This document shows, one piece after another, positions 50,702 through 62,595 of a DNA stretch of 64,000 bases. Source of the stretch: an uncultured Chthonomonadaceae bacterium (lineage in GTDB: Bacteria; Armatimonadota; Chthonomonadetes; Chthonomonadales; Chthonomonadaceae). How positions within the stretch are numbered: position 1 is the first letter of the stretch; the number at the start of each line of letters is the position of its first letter. The notes under the pieces are model-generated. The model saw only the letters and a program-made list of their open reading frames with translations, ran no database searches and was not told where the DNA came from. The stretch lies in the NCBI GenBank assembly GCA_963817895.1, contig CAWFQB010000003.1:96001-160000 (forward strand), written 5' to 3'. The position numbers and the translations under genes were made by a program.

Positions 50702-50780
50702 AACCGCGTACTGCGCCCAACGCGGTAGGAAATGATAGGTTTACAGCTACAAAGCATCAGGGGCAGGCGTTGGAAGTTGC

Positions 50781-52010
50781 GTGGAGCAGGGCGTGAGCGT
50801 ACCCGAACGGATCATCATTCGCGGCGTGAAATGGCTTGGCGACGCCGTGATGACAATGCCTGCCCTGTGCCGCTTGCGGGAAGCGTTTCCCGACGCGCAT
50901 ATCACTGTGCTATCACCGCCCAAACTGGCAGAGTTGTACCAGTGCCAGCCTGCTATCAGCGCCGTAATTACAGCGGAGGGTGACGAGTCGGCGTTTGCGC
51001 TCACGTCCCGGCTGCGCGCGAACCGTTATGACACCGCCCTGATTTTTACCCATTCGGGACGAACCGCGCTGCCGTTTCTGCTGGCGGGTATTCCCCGGCG
51101 CGTCGGGTATGGCGAACGGGGCCGCGCGTGGATGCTGACCGATGCCATTCAGCCCGATTTCGCCATCAAGATACATCGCCGCCCGGAAAAGGAGATACGG
51201 CGACTGACCCTGCCCTCTGCCACGCCTGTCATGCTCCACGCCCCGAACCTGTCCACTCCGCCGCCTATGCCAATCGGGTTTCGGCTTCCTCCGCCTTTTG
51301 GCAAACCGCCCCGCCCGCACATTCACCACATCCACCACTATTTACGTCTGGCGGCGATTGTAGGCGCAAATCCTGAACCCATCGCGCCCCACCTGACGGT
51401 TTCTCAAGAAGATGTACAAGCGATTATGCGGCGTTTCGGTCTGCCTGCCTCTGATTCCAACATTCCCCTCATCGGCCTGAATCCCGGCGCGGAATACGGA
51501 TTGGCGAAACGCTGGCCGGAAGAACGCTTTATCGAAACGGCGCGAAGGGTACAGGAACGCTTCTCCTGCCGTTGGGTCGTAATAGGCGGCAAGGCGGATA
51601 TGGAACTGGCGACGCGCATTGCGGATGGAATTCAGAGCGGGGAGACGTCCGCGCAACAAACCGTCTGGAACATTGCCGGACAAACCAGTCTGCGCGAATT
51701 ATGCGCCGCATTGCGCGTGTGCGATATGGTGTTGAGCAACGATACCGGGCCGACTCACGTTGCCGCCGCAGTGGGTACGCCCGTCGTGGTTCCGTTCGGC
51801 AGCACGGCTCCGCAGATTACCGGACCGGGTTTGCCGGGGGACGCGCGGCATCGCCTGCTGCAATCCAACGCGCCCTGCGCCCCCTGTTTCCATCGCGTCT
51901 GCCCCATAGATTTTCGGTGCATGAATGGCATTGCCGTGGCGCAGGTTGTGGACGCGCTGACAGGCATGTATGAGCAACAGCAGCAAAGTGGGGTAAAATC
52001 AAAAATATGA
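50781..52010 (+). CDS. waaF: LPS heptosyltransferase II-like GT9 glycosyltransferase
   Basis: WLGDAVM, LNPGAEYGLAKRWP and SNDTGPTHVAAA. Confidence 0.85.
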   Translation: MEQGVSVPERIIIRGVKWLGDAVMTMPALCRLREAFPDAHITVLSPPKLAELYQCQPAISAVITAEGDESAFALTSRLRANRYDTALIFTHSGRTALPFLLAGIPRRVGYGERGRAWMLTDAIQPDFAIKIHRRPEKEIRRLTLPSATPVMLHAPNLSTPPPMPIGFRLPPPFGKPPRPHIHHIHHYLRLAAIVGANPEPIAPHLTVSQEDVQAIMRRFGLPASDSNIPLIGLNPGAEYGLAKRWPEERFIETARRVQERFSCRWVVIGGKADMELATRIADGIQSGETSAQQTVWNIAGQTSLRELCAALRVCDMVLSNDTGPTHVAAAVGTPVVVPFGSTAPQITGPGLPGDARHRLLQSNAPCAPCFHRVCPIDFRCMNGIAVAQVVDALTGMYEQQQQSGVKSKI

Positions 52011-53053
52011 ACTTGAAATTGCGCCCCTACGTTTTGAACCTTGTGGCTGTTGTTGTGAGCAGTGTTTTGTTGTTGTGTGTGGGTTGTGGACGCAAAAAAG
52101 ACCCGCCCGTTGAAATCACGGGCAAAGTGACGCAGTTGTACCCGACGGGGTTTAATGCAAACGCCGTGATTGTCGGCAGCATTAGGTTTCCCGATTTGTA
52201 CCCTTCGTTTCGCATCGAAAACAGCAAGCAGCAGGAATTGACGGTTCCCACAGAAGCCTCGTGGGTGTATCCATTGGGGTTGAACGACGGCGGGCAGATT
52301 GTGGGTTACGCGAGTCGGAAGAGCAATCAGTCGCGCCATGCCCTTACGTGGCAGAACGGGCGGGCCAACTGGCTTGAAGACGGCGATGCTGTGAGCAGCG
52401 AAGCCACCGCTATCAACAACGCGGGCGTGATTGTCGGCTTTCGTATTACGAGTGATGGTATCGAGCGCGCCGCGCAATGGCAAAACGGCGCAATGCGGGA
52501 ACTCACCGCGCCCAACAGCCCCTCATGGCGTCCAACCGTCATCAATGCCAGAGGGGATGTTGCAGGCTATGGCATGGACGCGCGGCAGCAACCCCACCTG
52601 TACCTGTGGCGGCAAAATCATCTATCCGATATGGGAACCGGCTACCACATCGCCCTCGACAACTCCGGGCAAATCGCAGGGGATTATCAAACGCCTGACC
52701 GATTGCTTCATGCCTGCGCGTGGAACGGCAAACAGCGCGTAACCCTTGCCACCCTGCCCCAAACCAATGAGAGCCGCGCGTTTGCCCGCAACGACCGGGG
52801 GCAGATAGTGGGCAGCGCCGACCTGCGAAACGCGCCCCCCGACGCCAACGGTATACCCCTCCCCGTACTGTGGCAAAACAATCGCGCCCTCGACCTCAAC
52901 ACTGTCCGCCCTCCCAACCCAACCTACACGCTGGAAGAGGCTGTCGGCATCAACAACAGCGGCCAAATCCTCTGCACCGCCCGACAGGGCAAATGGGGCC
53001 GTACCGCCCTCCTCACCCCTACCGCCAACGGCTGGCAAATCCAAGTGTACTGA
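52007..53053 (+). CDS. HAF-repeat lipoprotein
   Basis: Lipobox VG/C; repeated INxxGxIVG...W.NG units. Confidence 0.8.
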   Translation: MNLKLRPYVLNLVAVVVSSVLLLCVGCGRKKDPPVEITGKVTQLYPTGFNANAVIVGSIRFPDLYPSFRIENSKQQELTVPTEASWVYPLGLNDGGQIVGYASRKSNQSRHALTWQNGRANWLEDGDAVSSEATAINNAGVIVGFRITSDGIERAAQWQNGAMRELTAPNSPSWRPTVINARGDVAGYGMDARQQPHLYLWRQNHLSDMGTGYHIALDNSGQIAGDYQTPDRLLHACAWNGKQRVTLATLPQTNESRAFARNDRGQIVGSADLRNAPPDANGIPLPVLWQNNRALDLNTVRPPNPTYTLEEAVGINNSGQILCTARQGKWGRTALLTPTANGWQIQVY

Positions 53054-53322
53054 GAAGAAAAGGAGAAAAGGAGAAGAGGAGAAAAGGAGAATAGACAGGA
53101 TTAACAGGATTTTCAGGATTGAACAGGATTAAAACAACGTTGTAGGGGCTTGATTTATCACTTCCGCCCTCCTGTTGTTCTCCTCCGTGTTTTTCCGTGT
53201 TCTCCGTGTTCTCCGTGGTTTGCCTTTTTGTCTTTTTGTCTTTTTTGTTCTTTTTTCGTGTGTTTCGCGTGTTTCGCGGTTCCCAATCTCCTCTTCTCCC
53301 CTTCTCCTTTTCTCCTTTTCTT
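53050..53322. repeat. Cluster of mixed 8-9-nt tandem repeats with inverted AGAAAAGG/CCTTTTCT ends
   Basis: (GAGAARAG)n, (ACAGGATTR)n, (TCCGTGTTY)n, (TGTCTTTT)n and (CGTGTTTCG)n. Confidence 0.8.
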
Positions 53323-53953
53323 ACTCAGGGCGCGGCAGTTCGAACAGGCTGTCCCCATGAGCGCGGGCGTACCAGTCGCCGCCCATGCGCCCGATATAGT
53401 CTACTTTGGTGGCGTCTATCTGATTGTTGGCGAGGATGCGTTCGGCAACGTGGAAGCAGACGATTTCGCCGATAACGTAGTTGGCGGACAGGGGGCCGGG
53501 GCCGTGCGGCACGATCTGGAAAAGTTTACATTCGAGAGCAATGACACACTCCGCAATGCGCGCCGGTTTCACTTTCAGGGAGGGCGCGGGCGTGAACCCG
53601 GACGGCTCCCATTCGCTCACGCCATACGGGTACGCGGCGGAAGTCTGGTTCATCTTCTCCCGAATGTCGTAAGTGACGATGTTGATCACATACTCGCCCG
53701 TCGCTTCCACGTTGCGAAGCGTGTCTTTCGGCACATTATTACGGGTGTTTGTGGGCGAAAACGCGACGGAAGGCGGGTTCGCGCCGCCCGCCATAAAATA
53801 ACTGAACGGCGCGAGGTTGGGTACGCCGTCCGGCGACAATGACGATACAAACGCGATTGGGCGCGGCGCGACGCTGTTCACGAGCAGGCGATAAATGTCC
53901 GGCGCGGGCAGTTCGGCAGGATCGAAACTGCGGAAAGTTGAGAGGGGTGTCAC
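53321..53953 (-). CDS. Flavin reductase-like protein
   Basis: PRPIAFVS, NLAPFSYF, KDTLRN and LECKL. Confidence 0.9.
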   Translation of the reverse strand: MTPLSTFRSFDPAELPAPDIYRLLVNSVAPRPIAFVSSLSPDGVPNLAPFSYFMAGGANPPSVAFSPTNTRNNVPKDTLRNVEATGEYVINIVTYDIREKMNQTSAAYPYGVSEWEPSGFTPAPSLKVKPARIAECVIALECKLFQIVPHGPGPLSANYVIGEIVCFHVAERILANNQIDATKVDYIGRMGGDWYARAHGDSLFELPRPE

Positions 53954-55110
53954 TTAGGCTTCCAGCTTTCGGGGTAATGATTGTCGTCTAATTCTGCCGC
54001 CTGCCGGGTCATTTTTAATGGACGGAAGGTGTCCAGCATGACGGCGAGTTCTTCGGTGCGGGTGTGTCCCAGACTGGCTTCCACGGCTCCGGGCTGCGGG
54101 CCATGCGGCAGGCCGGACGGGTGCAGCGTCATGGAACCCTTTTCGATGCCGCGCCGACTGGCGAAGTTGCCGTTGACGTAATACAGCAGTTCGTCGCTGT
54201 CCAGATTGCTGTGGTTGTAGGGAACGGCAATCGCTAAAGGATGGTAATCCAACATGCGCGGCACGAACGAGCAGACGACGAAGTTATGCGCCTCGAAGGT
54301 CTGATGTACGGGCGGCGGCTGATGCAGTCGGCCCGTAATCGGCTCGAAATCCGCGATGTTGAACGCCCAGGGATACAAAAAGCCGTCCCATCCGATCACG
54401 TCCAGCGGGTGGAAATCGTAAAAGTAGGCGGTCAGGCTGCCCCGCGCTTTGATGCGGACTTCAAAGCGTCCGGGTTCGTTATGGGTTTCCAGCGTTTCGG
54501 GTACGCGAATGTCGCGCTCACAATAGGGGCTGTGTTCCAGCAGTTGCCCGTACTCGTTGCGATACCGATGGGGTATCTCAATCGGACTTGCGGCGGATTC
54601 AATGACCAACATGCGCGTAGCTTCAGTTTCGGCCACGACGCGGTAAATCACGCCGCGCGGAATAATCAGATAATCGCCCTCATGGTACGGCAGGGTTCCG
54701 AACAGGGTTTCCAAACGCCCCTGCCCCTCGTGAACAAACAGCAGGTCGTCGCCGTCCGCGTTTTTGTAGAAGTAGGGCATGGGTTCGGCAGGGCAGCAGA
54801 TTCCCAAACTCACATCATCGTTGACAAGCAGGGGAACCCGCCCGGAAATCGGGTCGCCGGTCGGCTGAATATGCCGCGTTTTCAGGTGGCGGTGGCGCAG
54901 GGGTTCATCGGGCAGAATTTCCGGGCGCAGGTCATGCAACAGTTTGTAATCGGCTACCTGCGTGGGCGGGTGCGCGTGGTAGAGGATGGACGCGATGCCG
55001 GAGAAGCCTTTGGTTCCGAAGACCTGCTCGGCGTAGAGCGAACCATCCGGCTGACGAAATTGCGTATGGCGCTTGGGCGGGATTTGCCCCAATCGTACAT
55101 AGCGTGGCAT
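53950..55110 (-). CDS. hmgA: Homogentisate 1,2-dioxygenase
   Basis: NADGD, HQPPPVHQTF, PYNHSNLDSDE and TLHPSGLPHGP. Confidence 0.95.
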   Translation of the reverse strand: MPRYVRLGQIPPKRHTQFRQPDGSLYAEQVFGTKGFSGIASILYHAHPPTQVADYKLLHDLRPEILPDEPLRHRHLKTRHIQPTGDPISGRVPLLVNDDVSLGICCPAEPMPYFYKNADGDDLLFVHEGQGRLETLFGTLPYHEGDYLIIPRGVIYRVVAETEATRMLVIESAASPIEIPHRYRNEYGQLLEHSPYCERDIRVPETLETHNEPGRFEVRIKARGSLTAYFYDFHPLDVIGWDGFLYPWAFNIADFEPITGRLHQPPPVHQTFEAHNFVVCSFVPRMLDYHPLAIAVPYNHSNLDSDELLYYVNGNFASRRGIEKGSMTLHPSGLPHGPQPGAVEASLGHTRTEELAVMLDTFRPLKMTRQAAELDDNHYPESWKPK

Positions 55111-55176
55111 ATTGTTGCTCCTCTATTTAGTAGCGCGTTCATGTTCGTTGTCGGCTTCCATTTGTGTTTACGCGCC

Positions 55177-55764
55177 TCAGATAGCAAAAATGGCTTCGAC
55201 GGCTACGGACAAACCGGGAAACGTGAGTGATTGAACGGTTTCTCCCCTGCCGTAAACCTGAACCGACACTGCGCCGCTTCGGGACAGGCGCAATACCTCC
55301 ACCGTTTGCGTGTCACCCTCAACTTTCCAGCACTCCCGAACATCCACTTTACAATAATCGTCTATCTTCGCGTTGAACCGGTTTGCTGTTTCACTGTCAG
55401 AGATGATTTCCACGACGAGTTCCGGCGCAGCAATCAGCGGGGTGGGATCATTGGGAGCAGGATTGAGAGCCTGCCGCTCATTGCTGATGAAAAATATGTC
55501 CGGCTGACGTATGCGTAAGGGAACGCGGGTAATCAGAATGTCACGCGGAGCCATACGCGCCCGTCCCAATTGATATTGTTGCCCGAAAGTGCGCAGCAAA
55601 ACAAAGAGATTGCCCTGATAATCCTGATGATTGTCGGTGACGCCGGACATATAGAATTTTTCTCCGTCCACGATGTCATAACGCCGCTTGTCGGTTTCTT
55701 CCGCCATGTAAGCTTCGTATGTCAACCGTTTAGGCGGGGCAGCGAGGGCAGTGGCTGCGCTCAT
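55177..55764 (-). CDS. Uma2-family (PD-(D/E)XK) endonuclease-like protein
   Basis: DIVDG, QPDIFF, APELVVEIIS and K..DY...V.ECW. Confidence 0.88.
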   Translation of the reverse strand: MSAATALAAPPKRLTYEAYMAEETDKRRYDIVDGEKFYMSGVTDNHQDYQGNLFVLLRTFGQQYQLGRARMAPRDILITRVPLRIRQPDIFFISNERQALNPAPNDPTPLIAAPELVVEIISDSETANRFNAKIDDYCKVDVRECWKVEGDTQTVEVLRLSRSGAVSVQVYGRGETVQSLTFPGLSVAVEAIFAI

Positions 55765-55839
55765 GGTCTTGCTCCTTCTCGTTTGCAATGCGTTATGGTT
55801 CACCTCTTACACCGGAACCGCTAATCCCATCAATCAGGT

Positions 55840-56817
55840 TCAGACAATCCCGTTTGTTAGCAGGCCCAACCGTTCGATTTCCAGTTGTACCAGATCGCCC
55901 GGTTGTAACCAGTCATACGTTCCGCGCGGGAATTCGGTAATGCAGCCGGTTCCTACTGTGCCGGAACCGATTAAATCTCCGGGTTTTAGAACCGTATTGC
56001 GGGACGCCTGCGCGATCAGTTCCGCGAATGTCCAGTGCATGTCGCGCAGATTGCCGCGTGAAATCTCCTGCCCGTTGACCGTTGCGGTCATGGTCAGGTC
56101 GTACGCTTTGCCCCGGCCTGTATCAGATACAATACGGTCTGCGAGTTCATCCGATGTCACAAGGTAGGGGCCAATGCTGGTGGCGAAGTCCTTGCCTTTG
56201 GCTGGCCCAAGCCCCACTTTCATCTCCTGCCGCTGTATGTCGCGCAGGCTCCAATCGTTGCAAATGGTGAACCCGGCGATGTAACTGTCCGCTTCCGCAA
56301 CGACAATGTCGCGTCCCGTTTTGCCGATAACGATTGCTATTTCCAACTCAAAATCCAGTTCGTTGCTTTCCGGGGGCTTGCGGATGGGCGCGTTCGGCCC
56401 GACAATGCCCGCTACGTTGGAAAAATAGAATACGGGCGCGTCGTACCATTCGGGAACCATGTCCAGCCCGCGATTACCCCGCGCATTGCGGACATGCTGC
56501 TCGAACGCATAAAAGTCGCGGAAGGAGGGCGGCTCGACGGGGGCAAGGAGGGTTTCGCCCGCTAAGGGGCGTCGAAAGTGCGCGTACTCGTCGTCGGGCG
56601 CGTTTTCAAGCCGCTGTATCAGGCGCGGCAAAACGCCCGCCCGCTCCTGCATCTGCATCAGCACGGGCAGAAATTCCAGATGGCGCATGGGCATACGCGG
56701 GCGCAGATCGTTCGGCACGGCGATGTTGAAATCAAACAACTCGCTTCGCCCCTCCCCGTCCCGCTCGATCACAATAGAATAAAACGGCTCATTATCCAGT
56801 ATTCGGGCTAATTTCAT
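55840..56817 (-). CDS. Fumarylacetoacetate hydrolase
   Basis: FRDFYAFEQH, LDFELE, NDWSLRDIQ, KGKDF and GSGT; within the hppD/hmgA operon. Confidence 0.92.
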   Translation of the reverse strand: MKLARILDNEPFYSIVIERDGEGRSELFDFNIAVPNDLRPRMPMRHLEFLPVLMQMQERAGVLPRLIQRLENAPDDEYAHFRRPLAGETLLAPVEPPSFRDFYAFEQHVRNARGNRGLDMVPEWYDAPVFYFSNVAGIVGPNAPIRKPPESNELDFELEIAIVIGKTGRDIVVAEADSYIAGFTICNDWSLRDIQRQEMKVGLGPAKGKDFATSIGPYLVTSDELADRIVSDTGRGKAYDLTMTATVNGQEISRGNLRDMHWTFAELIAQASRNTVLKPGDLIGSGTVGTGCITEFPRGTYDWLQPGDLVQLEIERLGLLTNGIV

Positions 56818-56827
56818 CCTTCATCCT

Positions 56828-57592
56828 TCATCCTTCATCCTTGCCTTTCAGCCGCCACATCCCGAACGGATTGAAAAAAGGATCGTCAGCAGGATAGAGG
56901 GTACAGGGTTCCAGATGCAGGCGATAAGTGGGCGCATCCGGGGCAATGGAAAACGTGTGGCCGTCGCCAATCGCCGGCTGTTCCACGAGCAGGTATTTCA
57001 GGAACGTGTCCAGCAGGGCAACGGCCTCCTGCGGCGGCAACTTAGAGGTGATAATCGCGTCGTGATAGCCCATATTGTGCATCCCGCACGAATATACCGT
57101 AAACTGCTCGTCCTCATTATCCACGCTGAACACAACATAAGCGTCGTACAGCACGAGCGGACCTTTGCCCTCGCACATTCGCGCCCAATCGTCGCTCCGA
57201 AACGCCTTGCCCGTACTCTCCACCTTGACCGCAAGCCCGCCCGCCTTTACAATGCTGTTGGCGGCCTGCATCATGTCGCGGGAATTGTCCAGATTGCCGC
57301 CCGGTCCCAAAATGTAAACGGTATGCCGGTGCGCGTCAATGCGCGCCAACTCCGGTTCTGTAATCCAGCCCTGTCCCGCATACAAAAAAGCGCGGCGCAG
57401 ATTAGGGTCATGCGGATAAATCTCAAACTCAAAACCGTGTCGAGTAGGAAGGTGCATTAGCATCCTGCCCGCCAGCAGATACTCGCCCATATTGCTCTTC
57501 GTCACGGCGCGGATAATCGCGCTGCGATCCGGCCACATCCCCGGAACGCCAATAATCGTAGTTACTTTGCCCTGCGCGATTTCTGCTTCCAT
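56828..57592 (-). CDS. DUF4261-like hypothetical protein
   Basis: AVKVESTG, YSCGMHNMG, GHTF and FFNPFGMWRL. Confidence 0.7.
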   Translation of the reverse strand: MEAEIAQGKVTTIIGVPGMWPDRSAIIRAVTKSNMGEYLLAGRMLMHLPTRHGFEFEIYPHDPNLRRAFLYAGQGWITEPELARIDAHRHTVYILGPGGNLDNSRDMMQAANSIVKAGGLAVKVESTGKAFRSDDWARMCEGKGPLVLYDAYVVFSVDNEDEQFTVYSCGMHNMGYHDAIITSKLPPQEAVALLDTFLKYLLVEQPAIGDGHTFSIAPDAPTYRLHLEPCTLYPADDPFFNPFGMWRLKGKDEG

Positions 57593-57717
57593 ATCGTCTG
57601 CTCAAACCAGCATATAAAATGCCGGTTGTTAGGCCTGCGGTCAATCGTCCTGCGGACGCAGATGGTACTACGTTTAAGCAGGAACGAAATCAGGCAAATG
57701 CACGGTATTACCTAATC

Positions 57718-57900
57718 CTACGCGCTCGAAGATCGGGAGTGTTTCTGTCGGCTAATAATTTTCGCTTTCACTTCCTGCCACGACACGCCTCCCTCTGGAT
57801 TCGCGTAATATGCTGCTACGCGCAACTCAATACTCTCAAGTTGTTCTCGCGTAACAGGCTGCTCTTTGATTTTCGCTGCATTATCTATCGGTTTATCCAT
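57718..57900 (-). CDS. Putative addiction-module antitoxin component
   Basis: EQLE.IE.R..Y.ANP..G.SWQEVK pattern; 60 aa. Confidence 0.65.
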   Translation of the reverse strand: MDKPIDNAAKIKEQPVTREQLESIELRVAAYYANPEGGVSWQEVKAKIISRQKHSRSSSA

Positions 57901-57983
57901 TCGTTTGTTCAACAGTCTCCCCTCTCCTGGCGCGTTGCTCGGCAAGGAGAGGGGCCGTGTCCACAAGTGGACGCCCGGTGAGG

Positions 57984-59091
<1,108 letters not shown>

Positions 59092-59220
59092 GGAAAGGCT
59101 CCGAGTTGTCAGGTTGTTAGGTTGTTAGTTGTTAGGTTGCTGATTAATAGACTTGTCGCCAAGATCAAGCGTATAACTCCTGCATTGTCCTAACAACTAA
59201 CAACCTAACAACCTGACAAC

Positions 59221-60766
59221 CTACTCCACAGCAACAACCGCAAATCGCTTCAACGGGTTCGTCGCCGGTTTGCAGATAGACAATGGTGATCTGGTCGCCC
59301 GATTTAACGTTGCCGACAGCGGCTTGAAACGCCTGCACGGTCGGCGTGTCTTTGCCGTTGACGCGCAAAATGATGTCGCCGCGCGACAGGTCGCGCGCAT
59401 CGGCAACGGGCGTTTCCGGGTCGAGGGATTTGACCAGAACGCCTTTCGTTGTGGTCGCAACGTTGGAATCCTGAATCAGTTTGGTGGTCAGTGCCTGCAC
59501 TTCGATGCCGAGCCGGGGCTTGCCGGGTGTTTTGGGCGCGTCGTCGCGAATGTCTTCGGCGCGGTCCAGCGTGGCTTTGATGGTTTGCGTCTGCCCCTCG
59601 CGCACGACAACTAGATTCCACCGGCGTACCCGGCGCGGTCTGCCCGATAGCAAGGCGCAGGTCGCTTTCCGTATGCATGGCTTTGCCGTTCATGGCGGTG
59701 ACAACATCCCCGGCGCGTAATCCGGCTTTGCCGGCGGGCGTTGTGGGCAAAGGCTCCATATCGAGCAAGGCCCCGTACTCGACGTGCAGCGCGGACGCCT
59801 GGCGCGGCGTGACCGTGACAAGGCTGACGCCGAGAAAGCCGTAATCCACATGCCCTTTGTCGCGCAGTTGGTCGGCAATCAGGCGGGCGGTGTTGATGGG
59901 AATGGCGAACCCGATGCCCACGCTGCCGCCGCTTTCGCTCTCAATCGCCGTGTTGATGCCGATCACTTCGCCGTCAATGTTGCACAGCGGCCCGCCCGAA
60001 TTGCCCGGATTGATGGCCGCGTCCGTCTGAATCATGTTGCTGTAAATGCGGATGCCGGAGGGAACGCTGCTGTCGGGAATCTGCTGCCGCCGCGCCAGGC
60101 TGCTGATAACGCCAACGGAAAACGAGCCTTCGTAGCGGTACGGGCTGCCGATAGCGATGGCCCAATGCCCGATTTTCAGTTTGTCCGAGTTGCCAAGTGG
60201 CGGCGACGGGAAACGGCGGAGGGCGAAGAGATTTTCACCAGCGCCAGATCGCTGCGGCGGTCCCGGCGCACTTCGCCGGTAAATTCGCGCCCATCGTGCA
60301 GTTTGACCGTAACGCGATCCGCGCCGCCCACCACATGGTCATTGGTCAATACCCACCCGTCCGCGCTGATAAGAACGCCCGACCCGGTTCCCGTCACCCG
60401 TCGGCGGGGAAACCCCGCGCCCGCTCCGGGCGTGTCGCTGTTGCGTCCTTCGCGTTCGATTGCCGGATGAATCGTCTTCACGCTGTACAGTGTCACCACT
60501 GCCGGCTCCAACCTGTCGGCAAGGTCGGCAAAAGCATCCTGCAAGCCGTTCAGGACTGCCCGCGTCGTGGCGGGCGGAAGGGCAGGTTTGGCGGGCGCGT
60601 TTGTTTGCGCCGACGCGCCGGGAACCTGCGACAACGCCATGACGCCTGCCAGTAAACCGGTAAGCCCGATTCCGCGACGACGAGGCTGCTTTCTTCGCGA
60701 AGTAAGCAGGAAAAGGGACGGTGCGAAACACGCGGCGCAAGCCGCCGACAACGGGAAATAGGGCAT
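59221..60766 (-). CDS. HtrA/DegP-like serine protease with two PDZ domains (several frameshifts)
   Basis: GSGV..LTNDHV, DLALVK, IQTDAAINPGNSGGPL; PDZ GFLGV and RLGI. Confidence 0.88.
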
Positions 60767-60957
60767 TGCTAACAAACCTCCTGACAGACATTCAAACCGA
60801 CATTCAAACCTGAAGGACATGCAACAGGAACAACAACGCAAGACCGGGCAGAACGGAAGAACCGTGTTATCTGTAAAGACGTTTCATGCCGATTATCGGT
60901 TCTCCCTAATTGTAGTTCAGCGTGAAATAAAAATTTCCTGTGTGGAAACAGAAGAAA

Positions 60958-60993
60958 TAAAAACCAGCCCCTTTCCTGACAGGAAAGGGGCTG
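60958..60993 (-). terminator. Rho-independent terminator after the anti-sigma gene
   Basis: CAGCCCCTTTCCTG/CAGGAAAGGGGCTG stem followed by a U-run on the minus strand. Confidence 0.75.
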
Positions 60994-61119
60994 AAATGGC
61001 GCACTTGTCACGTCTTAGAGCCTATCCCAATCGGCGATTGCATTTGCGTCCGAAGGACGCTTGGCCGCAGGCCACTCAGACGGGTATGTTCTTTGTACCC
61101 GGCCTGATGGGATAGGCTC

Positions 61120-61719
61120 TTAATGAGCGCGGTTGAAATTGGGAGATTTGAAAACCACTCCTTGCGGCATATTGTATCGGTTGGACATGGGATATTCGTC
61201 GAAAGTTTTGTAGCCGGTCGGCAGCATGGGTGAATTCCCCACAGGATACGAGATACCGGGCGCAATGCCGGAATTTAGATACGTCGGCTCCCCCTGTATC
61301 GTCGGCCACGCCGCCACTTGCCTGGGCATCTGCTGCGGAAAAACAATGGGAGTGCCGGGGTCTACCCGGTCTATGGTATAGGAGGCGAAAACGATGCCTC
61401 CAAGCGCGAACGTGGCCGCAAGGGCAAGCGACTGCGGCTTCAATCCCTGGACCTGCACCCATCGGTTAAACTGTTCCAGCCAGGGGGCGCGGAACGTCTG
61501 CTGTGTATGTACATGCGACAGAATACGCTGCGGCAAATCGGCGGACGGTTCGCGCATACGCAGGCTTGCCAGCATGCGCTTCATCTGCACCAGCCCGCGA
61601 TGCTCCTGCATACACTCGCTGCACCCTGCCAGATGCTCATGGATTTGACGATGCTCCACGCCCTGTAATTCGCCGTCAATATACGCCGACAGAAGATGAG
61701 TTACTTTACGACAGTTCAC
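61120..61719 (-). CDS. Zinc-finger (zf-HC2) transmembrane anti-sigma factor
   Basis: CRKV..LLSAYIDGEL, HLAGCSEC and a TM helix; GTG start after AGGAG. Confidence 0.88.
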   Translation of the reverse strand: MNCRKVTHLLSAYIDGELQGVEHRQIHEHLAGCSECMQEHRGLVQMKRMLASLRMREPSADLPQRILSHVHTQQTFRAPWLEQFNRWVQVQGLKPQSLALAATFALGGIVFASYTIDRVDPGTPIVFPQQMPRQVAAWPTIQGEPTYLNSGIAPGISYPVGNSPMLPTGYKTFDEYPMSNRYNMPQGVVFKSPNFNRAH

Positions 61720-61846
61720 GCTTACACTCCTGTTAGTGGTTGGTGGTTGGTGGTTGGTGACTGGTTTCCTCTGTTTGTAATTCTGAGCGTCCATCATACG
61801 CTTCACAAGAACATACAAGTATCAACTCGCCACCAACCACCAACCA

Positions 61847-62416
61847 CTAACCACCAACCACCAATTTTCTCAGCAATTTGCGGCCACGATGCAGACGCGA
61901 ACGCACCGTGCCCAGCGAACAATTCATGGTTTCCGCAATCTCTTCATACGACAATCCCTCAATATCGGCCAGCACGACGGCGATGCGGAACTCTTCAGGC
62001 AGCGCATTGAGCGCTTTTTGAAGGTGTTCCTCCAGCGCATCGGTCAGCAGCATCTGTTCGGGATTGGATTCAAAGTCGGGGATTTCCAGCAGCACATCGG
62101 AGTCGCCGCTGTCGCCGGAATTGAGGGGCTGGTCGAGAGATTGGGTTTTGAACCGGGGTTTTTTGCGCAGTTCGTCAATGAACACGCGGGACATGATGCG
62201 GTACAGCCAGTTTTCAAACGGCATGTCGCGATTATAACGGTCAAAAAAGCGATACGCGCGCAGAAAAGTCTCCTGAGTCAGGTCTTCGGCGTCGGCATGG
62301 CTGCCCGTCATGCGGTAGGCGACATTATACGCCTGCCGATGACACCGATTCACCAGCCCATCGAACTCTTTGCGGTCGTTACGCAAAACTCCCGTAAATA
62401 GCCTTGCCAGGTCCAT
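61847..62416 (-). CDS. ECF RNA polymerase sigma factor
   Basis: DAEDLTQETF, WLYRI and SYEEIAE...GTVRSRLHRGR. Confidence 0.95.
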   Translation of the reverse strand: MDLARLFTGVLRNDRKEFDGLVNRCHRQAYNVAYRMTGSHADAEDLTQETFLRAYRFFDRYNRDMPFENWLYRIMSRVFIDELRKKPRFKTQSLDQPLNSGDSGDSDVLLEIPDFESNPEQMLLTDALEEHLQKALNALPEEFRIAVVLADIEGLSYEEIAETMNCSLGTVRSRLHRGRKLLRKLVVGG

Positions 62417-62595
62417 ACCCTCCCTGCCTCCTATTCAGAGGTTACGGACGTTTTCGCGGCACAAGTTCCCGAAGGGGAGAAAAAGATAGGAGATAGGAGA
62501 TACGAGGAACTACCCTCTAAATTCTTTTATCCTCGCTGAAAGTTGAGCAAAGCAAGTATTGACTCGTATCTCGTATCTCGTATCTCCTATCTTCC

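Noticed and set aside
53050..53475. Repeat cluster as CRISPR, or the Phe/Cys-rich ORFs 53150-53842 and 53197-53475 as genes
   Set aside because: Short-period tandem repeats without unique spacers; the ORFs are repeat translations overlapping the flavin reductase antisense
57593..57717. RelE/ParE toxin downstream of the antitoxin-like gene
   Set aside because: Only about 125 bp available and no recognisable toxin ORF
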